In this document: positions 29,690 to 43,747 of the stretch, piece by piece
How positions within the stretch are numbered: the first letter of the stretch is position 1
Layout of the letters: the number at the start of each line of letters is the position of its first letter
Assembly: GCA_000320545.1 (NCBI GenBank)
Contig: ADNK01002373.1
Location: 1 to 64,000, forward strand
Length of the DNA stretch: 64,000 nucleotides
From: Bigelowiella natans CCMP2755
Lineage: Eukaryota; Protista; Cercozoa
Direction of reading: 5' to 3'
The notes under the pieces: model-generated
Databases searched by the model: none
What the model was told of the DNA's origin: nothing
Seen by the model: only the letters and a program-made list of their open reading frames with translations
Made by a program: the position numbers and the translations under genes

Positions 29690-31484
29690 TGCGTGTGTTC
29701 TCTCTCTGTGTAACACGAGCCATTCTGTTAGTGTAAACAACGAAGTTTATTCACATGACATGAGCGCGATTGCAAATAGGGCATATGTAATACAACAATA
29801 TGTGTGAATTATGTTGTCATCAAAATGAAAAATAGATGACAATAGAATACCTGCTCCATGAACTTTTTGAGCATATCTTGTTTTTTCATCTCGTCACTCG
29901 TTGGCTTTCCCATTCTCTTTTGGTTTTGGTCGAACATCATCTTCTCTACTGTCTGGCGTGTGGACCCATCCTACACCCACAGAGGAGTACACAAGAATAA
30001 GTGATGACTATAAATGGCTTCATGTGACGACGATGATGATTATGACGATTATGATGATTTCTATTTCCAATTCTGATCATGAGGAGGATACCAAATCCGA
30101 TAACTTTGAGTTTTCCGGTTGAATCTTTTGGGTGTCAATTTTTGGGCCCCCCTTCAGTGCGCACTTTCAAAACAACAACAACAACCACATCCACAGGTTA
30201 TTATTGCTTAAGACATGATGGGGAAGTGGGGATATGCTGCAACTCACGTTCCACCAACTCATTTGATCTTGTTTCTGAATATAGCTCGTTAGCGCTTTCT
30301 TGCCGTCGTGCTCATCTAATAAAAAAGAACGCAATAATAGTGAGTATTGAGAACATAAGGAGAAAAACGAAGAAATATAGAACGTAAAATTGTACGTGTT
30401 TTTAGGATACACAATGGTGACTGATGATAATATCTCATAGCAGTATAACTACCGATGATCCACGTCGTGTCGTCGATGATAATCTTATGAGGCCATTCGC
30501 CTTCAATCACCACCTTCTTGTCCGCCTTACTAGAGATCTTTATTCCTTTAGGGTTGATCGATACATCGAGATCCCGAGCACGTTTCGCGGCCTCAGGTAG
30601 CCATATGTGCATCGTGACCTCTTTCAACGTCTGCGTCCATACGTACTGATCAGTACGCCCACCATTTCCTTTTGGTGCTTCGGATACGTCATTGTCCTCG
30701 TTTTCGTCATTTTTCGGATCCTCTTTCCAGGCCTCCTTCAATCCCGCATGCTTCTCGTTGATAGGATTCAAATCGTCATCTAGCTCAATGACTTCGTTGG
30801 CAGCCGATTCGTTGTTCCTAAATACAATTTCACAGCCATCATCGTATGAATAACTTGCTCATGATAAATCCAGTGATTGATGCATATAATTAGTACTGTG
30901 AAGAAGCACGATCCTCAGTAGGTGATGGCGCCTTTTGTTCTTTCTCTTGTGTGGGAATATTAGAGCTCCCCTGTTGTTTTTAAAACAAGCATGTTGAGAA
31001 GTGGCGAAATGAAACGTTAAAGTGTACTGATGTATAATTGAAACATTTGTACGGACGTCCCATACGATGTGATAACAATGAGATATTTTTTTTCAATTTC
31101 CAACCTTAGAATTTGATGCCTCTACCTCCATCTTCTTAGCGTCCGCCTTAGCACGTTGAACGTGCATTTTGGCCATCTTCAGCACCTTGCGAGCGTGGGA
31201 ATCGTCTGTAAAAAACGAATGCTTTCGCCGCATAAATCCAAATACAGTTTGGATAAATTTGAGTTCCTGCCCTATTCCTTGGTGCGCCGAGAAGACTTGC
31301 TCTGATGAACAAACACACACGATCGATCATCGCGCATATAGAATTGCCGCGTGCCAAGCAACAATACCAAGAAAAACAAGGTGATACCATCCTATTTGTA
31401 GTAGCAGAACACCAAAAAGAAAATAAAGTCCGCCCACCAATCTACATCAAAGTAACCTAGGGCCGCATCGTGCTTAGTCGACAT
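29567..31484 (-). CDS. nudC: Nuclear distribution/migration protein NudC (CS domain co-chaperone), multi-exon
   Basis: MSTKHDAAL|[86 protein letters not shown]|[12 protein letters not shown]. Confidence 0.93.
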
Positions 31485-32049
31485 ATCAGCGGTTCTCCAG
31501 TTGTGGGTGGATGCGGTGTCGTAGCAAGTTCCGAACCGCGTTGGTGCGGTAATAGACAAAGTTGCGACAATAAATTTGCTATGACAGCAATAGAAAATAT
31601 GCCCTTTTTACGTACGTATTTTCCTGGAACTAATTCGCGAAGTCCCCGCAGCATCTCTTAAAATAGCCTTTATTTCATATCTTACGACATCAGTGAAGCA
31701 TAACCATTACTCTGTGCCAGATCTTGAATGTTACCACTGTGCGGAGGGTCGAAATAAATCCCATTTTTGGCCTAATGTCGAGTAACTTTATCTCAATTCG
31801 GTTTTATTATGGGTCATTTTTACTATTCTCAAGACATGGTGTGATCCTTCGTGAGTCTTATCTGAATTAGCTGTCGAATTTGCGCAGCCGAAGTGCCACA
31901 GCATTCTCCTCCCTCTACGAGGTGAACTGGAAGGGACTGGGAGAGCCACACTAATTGCGGTAATCCTCGTATCAATACGAAGTATTCTTATTCTTTTTCT
32001 AGAGATTATTAAAATTTCGTCAACAAAATGCAGACGAGGAACGATTAAA
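31485..32049. promoter_or_regulatory. Short divergent (head-to-head) promoter region between NudC and SERRATE
   Basis: The start codons of the two oppositely oriented genes are ~565 bp apart, and the interval has no microsatellites. Confidence 0.55.
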
Positions 32050-34652
32050 ATGAGCAAAGACATCACAGAGAAGCGGAAGAAGCGTTCCCGTGAGGAGAGT
32101 GAAGAAGGGGGCGACAAAGATGTCGAGAACAAAAATAATGTGGACGATAGTGGTGACACTGACAAGCCCAGGGAGAAGAAACGGAAAATGGATGAAAAGA
32201 ACGACAAAGATGACGACACACAAAATGAGAAAGATGGTAAAGACAAGGAGGGAGGCAGAGATGATGATACCAAGGATGCGAATGATAAAGGCAAGAATAA
32301 AGATAAAGAATCCGTTGAAAACGAGGACACATACACAGACGCGTTCGGTAGGGCTGTACCTCGCGGTCGCGGGCGATATGAAAGGTATAACACACCAACG
32401 ACAAACCTAACCTACCCACCCACTCTCTCTTTCTCTCTTCTCTGGAAAATGATCATGCTACAGAACATACATACTACACCAGATCTCAATCTAGTTTTTG
32501 TCCTCCTCCTCCTTTCCCCCTCTAGTTCTTCAGACAGCGACGACGATGATGCAGGGAGGGGCCGCGATTACAGGAGAGGGGGGCGGGGAAGGAGGCGCAG
32601 CCCGTCGGACGACAGACGAAGACGTAGCCGTAGTCGCACACCACCACCTAGAAGGGGGGGATCCTCATCCCCTCGTTCAGATAGTCGTAGCAGGAGTAGA
32701 AGCCGCCCCCGTGATAATAACAGAAGCAGCCGAAGATTCAGCACTTCACCACCTCGCCCTCGTCACCGAAGTCGCAGTCCGAGCCCCCCCCCGGTTAAGA
32801 GAAGACGCTATGACGGAGGGGGGAGCGGAGGAGGCGGGGGCTCTTCGAGAAGGCCGCTGCCACCACCCGTGAGAGGAAGAGGGGGAAGTTATGGGGGCGG
32901 TCGACTACCTACTTCCAGAAACAACAACGGCTCACTTGACACTACGTCCCCTGGAATGATGCGTAGCACCAGACGCATGGATCCTCAGGAGGGAGCAATG
33001 CTGTCTTACAAGGAGTTTCTTATCCAGGAAGAGGATGATGACCAGATCACACCCGAGATGGCAGTTAAGAAGTACAACGAGTATAAGGAAAACTACAAGA
33101 AGAAGTGGGAGCGCAGGTCCTGCTTAAAACACGATACGCACGACGCATATACACGCTCACATGCAACCATTGAATTATCTCTATGATACAAGACAATTTG
33201 TAAACGCATCTTGTGTCTATATGCATGGATAAATTCATGAAGAATGGGGTTGTAAAGCACTTGCTGCTACTGCTGCTGCATTGATATACTACTCCTCCTC
33301 CTCCTCCTCCTACTACTACTATCTTACAGATTTTTCAACGAGCACAGCTTGGACCCATGGTTCCAAGGCTTATACCTTCCTAGTCACTTAGCTCAAATAT
33401 TACCCGAACGCGACGCTCGGGTAGAAAATAATATAGGAAATATAACGATGGAAAATGTTTCACATATATTGATGGGATTTGGATGAATATTGTAATGATG
33501 ATTAAGCAAAACAACCGTAAATGCATGAAGAATAAATGTTGTTGTACATCATCATAGATCAAAAAGTACTACGAAGAATTCATGGCAGCTTACAAGGAGA
33601 AAGGGGCGTTTCCTAATGCCGAGATAGATTTGGTTAAAGATGACGATGATGATGATGACGAGAATGGCGCTGATGGTGCTGCTGAAGGAGGACCAAAAAG
33701 TAAAAAAGACGAAGAGGGCAAAATCAATAGCAAAAACGAGAGCAAAAGCAGCAGTAGCAAGGCGAAATATTACCGTAATTGTGTGCTTGTGAAGTTCATT
33801 CCAACTGATACCACGAGGACTGCTCTGCTGGACGCGATAAAGGTAGCAAGTAACAATCATACCGATTACTAGTAAGTAAGTGAGTAGCACCACTTAATGT
33901 TGTCGTCGTCATCGTCGTCGTCGTATTTTCTATATCTCTCTAATTCTTTCTGTAACAAGGAAAAGGACGGGTTGGAAGGCGATTTTATGTTCCGTCCAGA
34001 CACAAGGAGTAGGGATCTGACAAGGTCGGCGTGGCTTCAGTTTTCAGATGAAGCAAAGTGCGAAAGTGTGGTCAAGCAGCATTCCACCATCACCATCAAC
34101 GACCGGAGACTATCACTTCTACCTGCGGAAAAGGCCAGGGACGCTATTGTTCCTAAGTTTACACTCGACGATGAAAGGGTGGCGGCAGATCTGGACATGG
34201 CCACCAAGGTGAGTGTGTGTGTGTGTGTGAGTGTGTGCATGCGTGCGTGCGTGGTGTTCCTCCCTCCTTCCATCTCTATTAAGTACAGTATGGGGATATA
34301 CATTGCATCATAACACAGAAGAAAATATGTTAGCTGTGTTTAGATAGAGGAAGTTGAAGATGGCGGCGACGACGATGACGATGATGATGATTATCATGAC
34401 TTTTTGTATGTGAAATGTTGTAAAATGTAAAATTGTATGCACGAATGATTAACACCTAAATGATGGACAGTACTCAACACAGACATGCATGTAAGAATAA
34501 CTAATCTGTAGAGGTCCTCCACCCCCCTCTAACCCCTTCTTCTCTTCTTTTTCTTCTTCGTCCTTCAGCTGGCGAATAAGCTCGACGAAAGGCACGGCAT
34601 CAAGAACGAGTTTCTATCGAGAATGGATGATGCTGTTTTCCGCGGCTTTTCG

Positions 34653-34688
<36 letters not shown>

Positions 34689-36977
34689 TTGCGGTTCCTT
34701 CGAATAAATCAATTTACAACAGTTATTCTTAGTGATTGATTCTTATCCGTCATGTGTGTTCCTCTGCCTTCTTGCCTTCTGTTTCTTGTTTTGCCTCTTC
34801 TCTCACCGCATCATCATCATCATGATCATCATCTGTGTTTTTTGCTCTCCTCCTTAGACACTAAAGAAGCTAAACATCGTGGTGGAGTATCTTAGGCGTG
34901 TACATCTTCATTCGTACTATGTGCACCAGAGCTTCCAGACTTACGAGGAGCTTCTCTTCACCGTTGGAGAAGTAATAATGACAATAATAAGTAGTAGTAG
35001 AAGTAGCAGTAGCAGTAGTAGAATTAGTTGGAGGAGGAGGAGGAGGAGGAGGAGGGAGAGGAGAGGTAATAGCAGGAAAGGAGAGGAAGAGAGAGAGACC
35101 AATCGTTGGCCAACCACACAGTAACTAGAAGCTTGCAGCAGCAGCAGCAGCAGCAATTAGGGCTTGACCTTTACAGCACACCCCCCTCCTCTCATTTTTA
35201 TTTATTTGTTTGTTTATCGATCGATTGGTCGATCATTGGCAGAAATTCACGCGGTCTGGAACTGAGAATGATGCAGAAAGCTGGTACGCAAAGCTGAGAG
35301 AAGAAACGCAACGATTGATTGACGGAGATGTGGCATCATACGCCGCTGCTGCTTGTGGTGGTACCGGAGACGATAATGAGGATGATAAAGCCTCATCGTC
35401 ACCTGACTATGAGGCTCCTGTACAAGAGTTTTTGGAGGCAAAAACTATCAAATTGTCAGAACCTGGAAAATTTAGGTTGTAGTTCCCCCATCCCTTCTAC
35501 AGATCGTGAGATACAACACAACCAACAGCACATTGTAGCATTCACTCCAGTAAAGAGAAATAATAACCGCTGATTGTTTATTATTACATATCTTTCTCCA
35601 CTGGCATCATCATCATCATTATTCCCATCTCTGATGATGTGAGTGTTCCTTTCGTCGCTTTGCTCACCGGCTGTTTTGCTATTCCTACTCTTCTTCTTCT
35701 TCTACTTCAAGATGTGCTCTATGCACCAAACTGTTCAAAGCTGACTATTTCGTCCACAAGCATCTTCGCAATAAGCATAAAGAAGAAGTGCTTAAGGTAG
35801 AATATTGTGATCAATTTAGACGACTTCGAGCATTGATGTGACACCCAACAAGCACAGCACTACTCGCTTATAGGAGAATGGAGAAACAGAAAGAAAGAGA
35901 GATAGAGAGGGAGAGGGGACAATCCATCAACTGATTAATTAGAAGGGCCAAAAGAAAATTGTTATTGATGATGATGATGATGATGATAATGATGACATTT
36001 GGATAAATAGGCCAAAGTAAAGGCACAAGACGAGCAGTTCTTCGCTAACTATCAGTCAGATCCACACCGAATCGTGCACCTGCCTCCTCCCCCTTCCACA
36101 GGCCCGCGTAATAGTGGTAGTAGTAGTAGTAGACGAGGAGCAAGATCATACCGAGGAGAAAGCAGCTATAATCGTGGCCCTCCAATGTAATAACAATCAG
36201 CTTGTAGCAGCACAAATACGTATTATTATTATTAGTAGTAGTAATAGTAGTAGTAGCAGTAGTAGTGGTGGTGGCAAAGAGTCCACCATAGCGATTATCG
36301 GTATAGGCAATGATAATAATATCATGGTATCAATGATGATGATGAGGAGGAGGAGGAGGAGGAGGAGGAGGAGGAGCGGCAAATGAGTACATCTGTTGTT
36401 GTTGCTGTTGTTGTTGCTTCTGCACGAGGCAACAATAGAACAGTCACCATCCTTATGATCGTGGTAGCGTGTATCATTCACCAATCTTCATCATTATTAT
36501 GATTTATTGATTGCGTGCAAACAACTCAGCAGGTCCTCATCACAACGGGGTAGAGACAGAAGAGAGTACGGGAAAAGCAGCAGTAATCACTATCGAGGTG
36601 GTTATAGAGGAGAACATCATAGCAGCTCCACTAACAGAAGGTCGTCACCAGCACCATCATCTGATAGACGCTCTCCAAGGAGAGGAGAGAGGAATAAAAC
36701 CTCTCCTAGAAGCAGGCACTATTCGCCAAATCGAAGGTCCTCACCACGTCGATATTCATCTCCTCGTCGTTATTCGCGCGGATCGCCAGGACGGACGCGT
36801 GACCGCTCGCCCCGCCGTTACTCTCGAGGAGGGGGAGACTATAGAGGGGGGGGGGACCGATCACCAAGTAGAAGAGATACAAGCGTCATCGTGAATTACG
36901 AGGATATAGATGCTGTGCAGGAGGAGGAGCTGGTGGTGGACTATGAAGGCATGAACCTTGAGGACTTGGAAGACTAA
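32050..36977 (+). CDS. SRRT: SERRATE / ARS2 (arsenite-resistance protein 2) RNA-processing factor, multi-exon
   Basis: RS-rich N-terminus; MLSYKEFLIQEEDDDQITPEMAVKKYNEYKENY..FFNEHSLDPWFQ; RRM-like segment; KLNIVVEYLRRVHLHSYY; C2H2 finger KFR|CALCTKLFKADYFVHKHLRNKH; QFFANYQSDPHR; C-terminal VIVNYEDIDA. Confidence 0.92.
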
Positions 36978-37299
36978 ATACTTAAAAAGCATGCTAAGCA
37001 CGCACTAATGAATAGATGTGGTAGTATGTAGACGTAAGCAGCAGTGAAATGTGTACAATTGTCATCACAGCATCATTGAAACGACAACCCGTAAATGTGC
37101 TCATTCGCATCCCAGACCCATTAATGGACGCAGCGGTGTACATGCACATTCATACTTGCGCACGACACTAAAAAGTGATACCTGGCTATGGCATTTACTC
37201 ATTTCATCGTCATATTCGCATGCTGCGCTAGCTAGCTATACTAGTATAGGTCGCATCGCATGCATTGGCAGATATCAATGAAAGCACACATGAACTGTG

Positions 37300-37857
37300 A
37301 GACGGATGTGATGAAGAATCAAATTTTTTCAATGGTCATCCTGATGTAGCTGTGCAATGCAGCGGCTACAGCGCTAATGTTGCATCTGTTGGTTTCTGCC
37401 ACAATGTGTTTCATGCATTTGAAAGCGTCCTCATGCGACCGATGTTGCCGCGCACTGCGCGCAGCAGTTCTGGATTCAATTTCAGCCTTTGTCAACCGGT
37501 TCGTGTCGTCGTTGCGATTCATGATCGCGCGCATTTGATTGCGCAATCTGATTTGTTCTCGACCATGTGTTGGACATTGCAGGAGATGATCCATGTCCTT
37601 CAGGATGCCACATGCATCGCACGTGGCATCTTCCTCTGTGCATTGTCCACGTGACAGCATGAATTTGCCAAGATTGCCGACACCACAGATGGCGCGCATC
37701 CATGATGTAGCAACACTTGGAAGTTTCAGTTTGATGCCGGTGATCGAAGATGACGGGAGGAAACCAAGATTCTTGAGATGCACAGCGCGCAATGAATCAT
37801 TGGACCATTCCTCTTCGAATTCGTTGAAAGCACAAGATTTCATCACCTTGTGATGTT
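37300..37857 (-). mobile_element. 5'-truncated non-LTR retrotransposon (LINE) relic with 18-bp target-site duplication
   Basis: ORF 37319-37846 carries the C-terminal CCHC knuckle of LINE RT proteins (CDACGILKDMDHLLQCPTH). It is flanked by direct repeats AAGCACACATGAACTGTG (37282-37299) and AAGTACACATGAACTGTG (37858-37875). Confidence 0.8.
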
Positions 37858-38816
37858 AAGTACACATGAACTGTGTCACACATGTTTCAAAGTGCACGTG
37901 TGCCAAAGACGGTGCGCGCGCGTATACGCGTCAGAACCCTCATTGAGGCTACATGTGCCCATTTTGCCGAATGACACACACAGTGCCGTCGTAGTGACGT
38001 ACAGGCTCGATCAAGCTACGCTATCTAGACATATCGTATACGACGTGGACGGAGGCCAACACGTGTAGCATAGTAGCTAGGATGACAAGCTGGCGCAGTC
38101 TATGCTAGCGCAGCACGTAGCTAGGTAGCCATTATGGAGCTGCGCGCCGCCGATGCATGCCTGGTGTGCTATAGTGCACCTATCTAGCTATACCTCATCA
38201 CGTATCGCATGTGCGGCCATTCTATATCGATCTCTAGTACAACGATGATGATGTCATTTGAAATAATTAATAGGCATCAAACTTAATGCATTCATTGCAT
38301 TACTACCAATCTAGCAATACCATACATGCATGTGCAGAAAAACTTGGATGTTCGTGTTGGCATTCTCTACTACCTAGGCCCATAGAGCGTTCTAAACCTC
38401 TCGTAAACTGCTCACTACTTTTGTTGATGCGCACGAGTGAATGCCCAAAATTTAAAAGAAAAATCGTGCATGCTTAGAGGAGACTTGATTGAAAATATGG
38501 ACTCAACTAAACAAACGTCGTAGTGCATCGTGCTGCGTTATGCGAACAATCAAGGTCACAATAGGGGGGAGAGGGGGGACGAATGATGCTAGGACCGCTG
38601 CCAACTAATCCCATCCCACCGAAGAGAAAAATAATTACAATTGCCCCTCCCCTTCTATAAAACCAGAATTGTAGCACGTGCCTCTCTGCAAAGAGGGTGG
38701 CTGCAAAGACTGCTCCATCACTGCTACTGCTACTACTACTACAACTACTACTATAACGACTACAGCACCACATCTGCTTTATCATCAGATTATCACCATC
38801 ATCATCATCATCATCA

Positions 38817-39796
38817 TTATTCCGGCGGCCTGTGAACTGTAACAGGTCTAGAACAGTCGCTGAGGCTCCAGCCTTCGTCGCACTTACACGTCCGAAATAC
38901 GTAGTCGCACTCCCCGTGGCCTGAGCAGTCATTAGGACAGTATCCGAAACGACAACCACCTCCATTCGTGCCATACCTACAGCACAATGGATCATTATCA
39001 TGGTAATCATTCAAGCGATGATGATGAAGATGAAGATGAGTATGGTGATGCTGATATGGAAGTAGCCCCTCCCACTAGCTAGCCCATATATGATGGTGAT
39101 GCTGCCTCTCCTCCCGCTCTCCTTCTCCTCTTTAAGTTCTAACCAAGTAGCGTGATCACAAGAACAGTGCCCAGTCTCTACGTCGCATATGCCAAAATCC
39201 GAGCAGTCATCCGTACACTTGGCGTACTGACAGAATTTTCCATGAAACCTGGGAGCAAGTTGATGTTTAAGAGAGTACATTTTAGAGAGAGAATGAGATA
39301 GGCAAAGGAGGACGTGTGGGGTGGTGGAGACGATTATTACTTTAGGAGCATCAATTCGGATCACGGCACACATATAGCGGAAACAAGCAACAACAACAAT
39401 TACTACTTCTACTACTACTCCTACTACTACTACTACTACAGCAACAAACTAGTGCTATCGTCGAGTACTACTGCTACTTCTACTACCCACCCTTTATAAC
39501 ATTTGCACTCTCCGCTGGGATAGTCACAAATGCCACGACCATAGCAATCGTTGTCCAAATCAGGTCCACATAGAAGTTGCTCGCAATGTCGTCCGAGGAA
39601 TCCCTTGTCACAAGTGCAGACACCTGTGTCAAAGTTGCATGCACCGCGTCCAGAGCACCGCTCTCCGGTGCCTTGGAAAGGTTTGCAATCGATTTTGAGG
39701 CAATCATCTCCCATGTATACGTTGCCCTCTGCGTCCATTGGCTGAGGAGGAGAAAAAGTAAGTTGAGATGAAGTGGGGGGGAGGAGAGAGAGAGAG

Positions 39797-39837
<41 letters not shown>

Positions 39838-40365
39838 AGATAGGAGATAGGAGAGGAAGACGGGCAAAGTGTAACAATTTTGTTTCTAACTCATCGTTCA
39901 TTGCCAGCACCCATCAATCAACCAACTTATTATCATCATCGTCACTGTCATCACCACCACCACCATCACCATCATCATCACCATCATCGTCATGTAGAGG
40001 CATCATCATAAAATTATCTCTCTTAGTCAATGGATAGTTGTATTATTGATATTACGCAGGTGCATTTCCCAGTTTCCTTGTTGCATGAGCCGCCATGATG
40101 ACAGACTGGGCACGCTATTTCAGCACATCCAGGTCCAGAGAAACCGTTATAGCACTGACAGTATCCTTCTGTGTGAATACAGTTTCCATTGTTGTTACAG
40201 CTCCGCCCTCCAAAGCAGAGCATTTTGTATTCCACGTCCCTCGTAAGAGTAAAGGCGTCGAATGAAGGGAGTGGCTCCTCCACGGGTTGGGTGATGGGGT
40301 CCACCACCACAACAGGAACAGTTACCTATAGTTACACCCATGCAGCATTTGCCATGACGGCGATA

Positions 40366-40397
<32 letters not shown>

Positions 40398-40554
40398 CAT
40401 TCTATCTACTCCGTGGTAGTACGTAAAACGGCATTACACTCCAAAGATGCATCATAATCCTCAGAAAATAATCCAGCAATAATAAAGTAACAAGCGCAAT
40501 GATACCACTAAAAACAATAATCGTATGTGCATATTGCTATCTCCGTCTAGAATA

Positions 40555-40588
<34 letters not shown>

Positions 40589-42084
40589 TGACCTCCTGTC
40601 TTATATCCGTATCCCACGTACAATCAACACACGCAATGATGGTAGGCGACACAGTCGTAGGCGATTGTGTAGGATTCCTGGTCGGAGCTTGGGTGGGAGA
40701 AACGGTTGGAGCTGCGGTTTTGTGTGTACGGTTATAGGATGCGACGCATTGCGAGCGCTTGGAGATCATCGCTTCATATGGTATTTCCTTTGCTTGGTAC
40801 TTGATGTAAGGGCGCTCTTGTGAGGTTTGGTAGCTTCGATCCCTGCGAAAGGAAGGAAGAAGAAGAAATAGTGGATGGTGATGTAAGAATCATAATCTTG
40901 AGGCAGTGTAGCCATCTATTGTTATTAAAAATATTCTCTTTGAGTAGTAGTACTACCAGCAGAGCTGTGCGTCCCATATGTTTCTTAGGATAAATTGGAA
41001 GATACCCTCACTACCGAAGCCATTAGAGTATGGCTCCTTCCAGTCAAACATGTAGTGAGCATCACGGGAGGTTGCAATAGGGTTATCGTACGACTTTCCC
41101 CACCCTGATTTTATAGTTTTTATTGCAGACCACGATTATTACATGAGTATGATGATGATAATGTCGTCGCAGCAGGAGAGAAATTCTTTGAATCATATTC
41201 ATCATAATCTAGAATTCGGATCAGTAATCATCATGAAAGTTTACGCACGCTTCTTGTTCTTCTTCAAAACAACAACGACACTACTCCTACTACTACAACT
41301 AGTAGTACGGCAACCTGTTGTGCTATTTCCAATAGTCAAGATTTCAAATCCCTGGTCCACAAAGCAGTTGACATACTCACTCATTATACTCTTCTCCGTC
41401 TTATTAGGAGCATGCCGCATATATACGATCAGGAACTTATTTGCGCCTGGACGGGGAGACTATTGGATAGACCAAAACCAATGCATAACACCAGCAAAAC
41501 TTAGAGTAGTGCAGGTATAATGGAAACAACACTGTTAGAATAGCAGCTGCCGTAATTAGTAAGTAGCAACAGCAGCAACGAGAACCACTTCAAGAAGAGC
41601 AGTACCATCGCGATCATTCCAGTGCCTCCATTATTCAAATTGTTGATGTTTTACTACTACCTGGGATAGTGAATCGTTGCGCACGTCGTACTTCAACAAC
41701 GCGTCACATGTAAGCTGTTTTATAGCAATAGAGCAGATGAGTATAAATGCAGTTTTGATATAACTATAATCACAGGTATACAACGAATGGCCCTTACGGA
41801 TGCTGCTACGGTCATCAAGGCAAAACAACGTATCATGATTTGTGCCAACACTGTCTTTGTAGACGAAATACGAGTAGTTATTGACAGATTAGGTCTCGTT
41901 CTATGTCAATACACAGACAACAAATAATACGTGCCTAGATGAATGTATGCTAGTGACGACGATGACTGTGTGTTGGAACAGCAACGTACTCTGAGGGCAT
42001 CGCCCACTTTCTCCCCCGAGGTTCCAGAATTGTATTCGATCTTTAAAGAAGGATGTAAACAGAAGGATGTAAACAGTGATATAT

Positions 42085-42129
<45 letters not shown>

Positions 42130-42822
42130 AAGCATCATCATCATCATCATCTTTTCTTCTTCTGTTTTCCACATAATCTTTGAGTAAGGAAGTCATTCTC
42201 TGATGAAATAAAAGAAGTGATGCGTATGTATAATAATGTCCTACCGCATGAGCAATGTCGGAGTATATAGCGCTGTAAGTGTTTCTGTTGAAATAGATAT
42301 TATTAAAAATACATAGGGCAATTGCGAGAAAAGAGATACAGATCTAAAAGACAAATCGTTTTCTTCTTCTTCTTCTTCTTCTTCTCTCTCTCTCTCTCCA
42401 TCCTCTTCCTCCCTCCTTCCCTCCGGCCATCTGAAGGGCCTATTATTACCTCCATTTAGGCTGTGCAGGGATAATAGCATTACTATATCCGGCAATTGCC
42501 ATACGTGTCATCTGACAGAATATGAGTAGCATTGATAGTATAACAAAAAATGGCGATGTTAAGCACTGAAGGTCTACCCTTCCCAAAACCACAAGTCCTC
42601 TACAACAGCAACAAGCAAGCAAGCAATTCGTAAGCGTATGACGACCTGGTCATTGTTGTAGAACATAAACTGCCGCACAAGCGTTCGCAGGTGGGTCTGT
42701 AGTTTATTCCAAGATGAATCGCTCATTGATGCACCGTCCTAACAATTATAACCAATCATAACAAAGTTAAGCTGTGAATGTTTATAAAACACACACAGAC
42801 ACACACACACACACACACACAA

Positions 42823-42862
<40 letters not shown>

Positions 42863-42994
42863 CGTGTGTGTTGTAGGGGAGAGAGAGGACTTGAGTGACA
42901 TACTATGCCGCACGCAAGTACCGAAAAGTTGAAGAACGCGTCGTTGCCGTTAGGTGCGAGGATGATTATATCCGCCTTTCCGTAGTGCCATATG

Positions 42995-43043
<49 letters not shown>

Positions 43044-43147
43044 GTAATGCCTCAGCATTCAAAAACAATGTTTCTGCAGTAGTAGAAACCGAATCAATCC
43101 CCCGCCCAATTTTCACCCAAACACTTTCCTCTTCCTTCTAGGATAAG

Positions 43148-43194
<47 letters not shown>

Positions 43195-43711
43195 GTCAGG
43201 ATAACAATACGGTGACATGAACATTACGGGTACATGGGTTTATATTGGTTAAGCACCTTCGCTGGTATTTGATCATCTGAAGGTGCGTTGTTTCCATCGT
43301 TCACCTCTGAGATGCCTGCAAATGGAGGATTGGGAGGAAACACACACAGAGAGAAATGATGATGACGAAAATAATCATTATGGTTTACAATGAAAAAAAT
43401 TAAAGTATCGGCTATTACCGTGTGATTAACAACATCAAAATGAGTCATATACATGATTTATGTGTTGACTACAGTGTGTGTGTGTATTGTATTTATGCGT
43501 TTAATTGTTGATTCGTCCTCGTAGCAGTAGATGCTCATGTTTTCTTTTTATTATCATTGTTGTTGGGGAGGAGGAGGAGGACCATGAGCGTCTGAATATG
43601 GCTGTGGACGCCCTTCCTGGGGAAATCCAGGAGTATTCACGAGCTGCGTAATGTTGGCATGGATGGCGGCCTAAAATAACAACAGGTAGGAGGACAACAG
43701 AGATCAGAATG

Positions 43712-43747
<36 letters not shown>

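Noticed and set aside
31387-31392. NudC start at ATG 31390 or a 4-nt micro-exon (ag|GATG|gt)
   Set aside because: Direct splicing of 31484-31457 to the exon at 31302 already gives an in-frame NudC-like N-terminus. Adding 4 nt would shift the frame.
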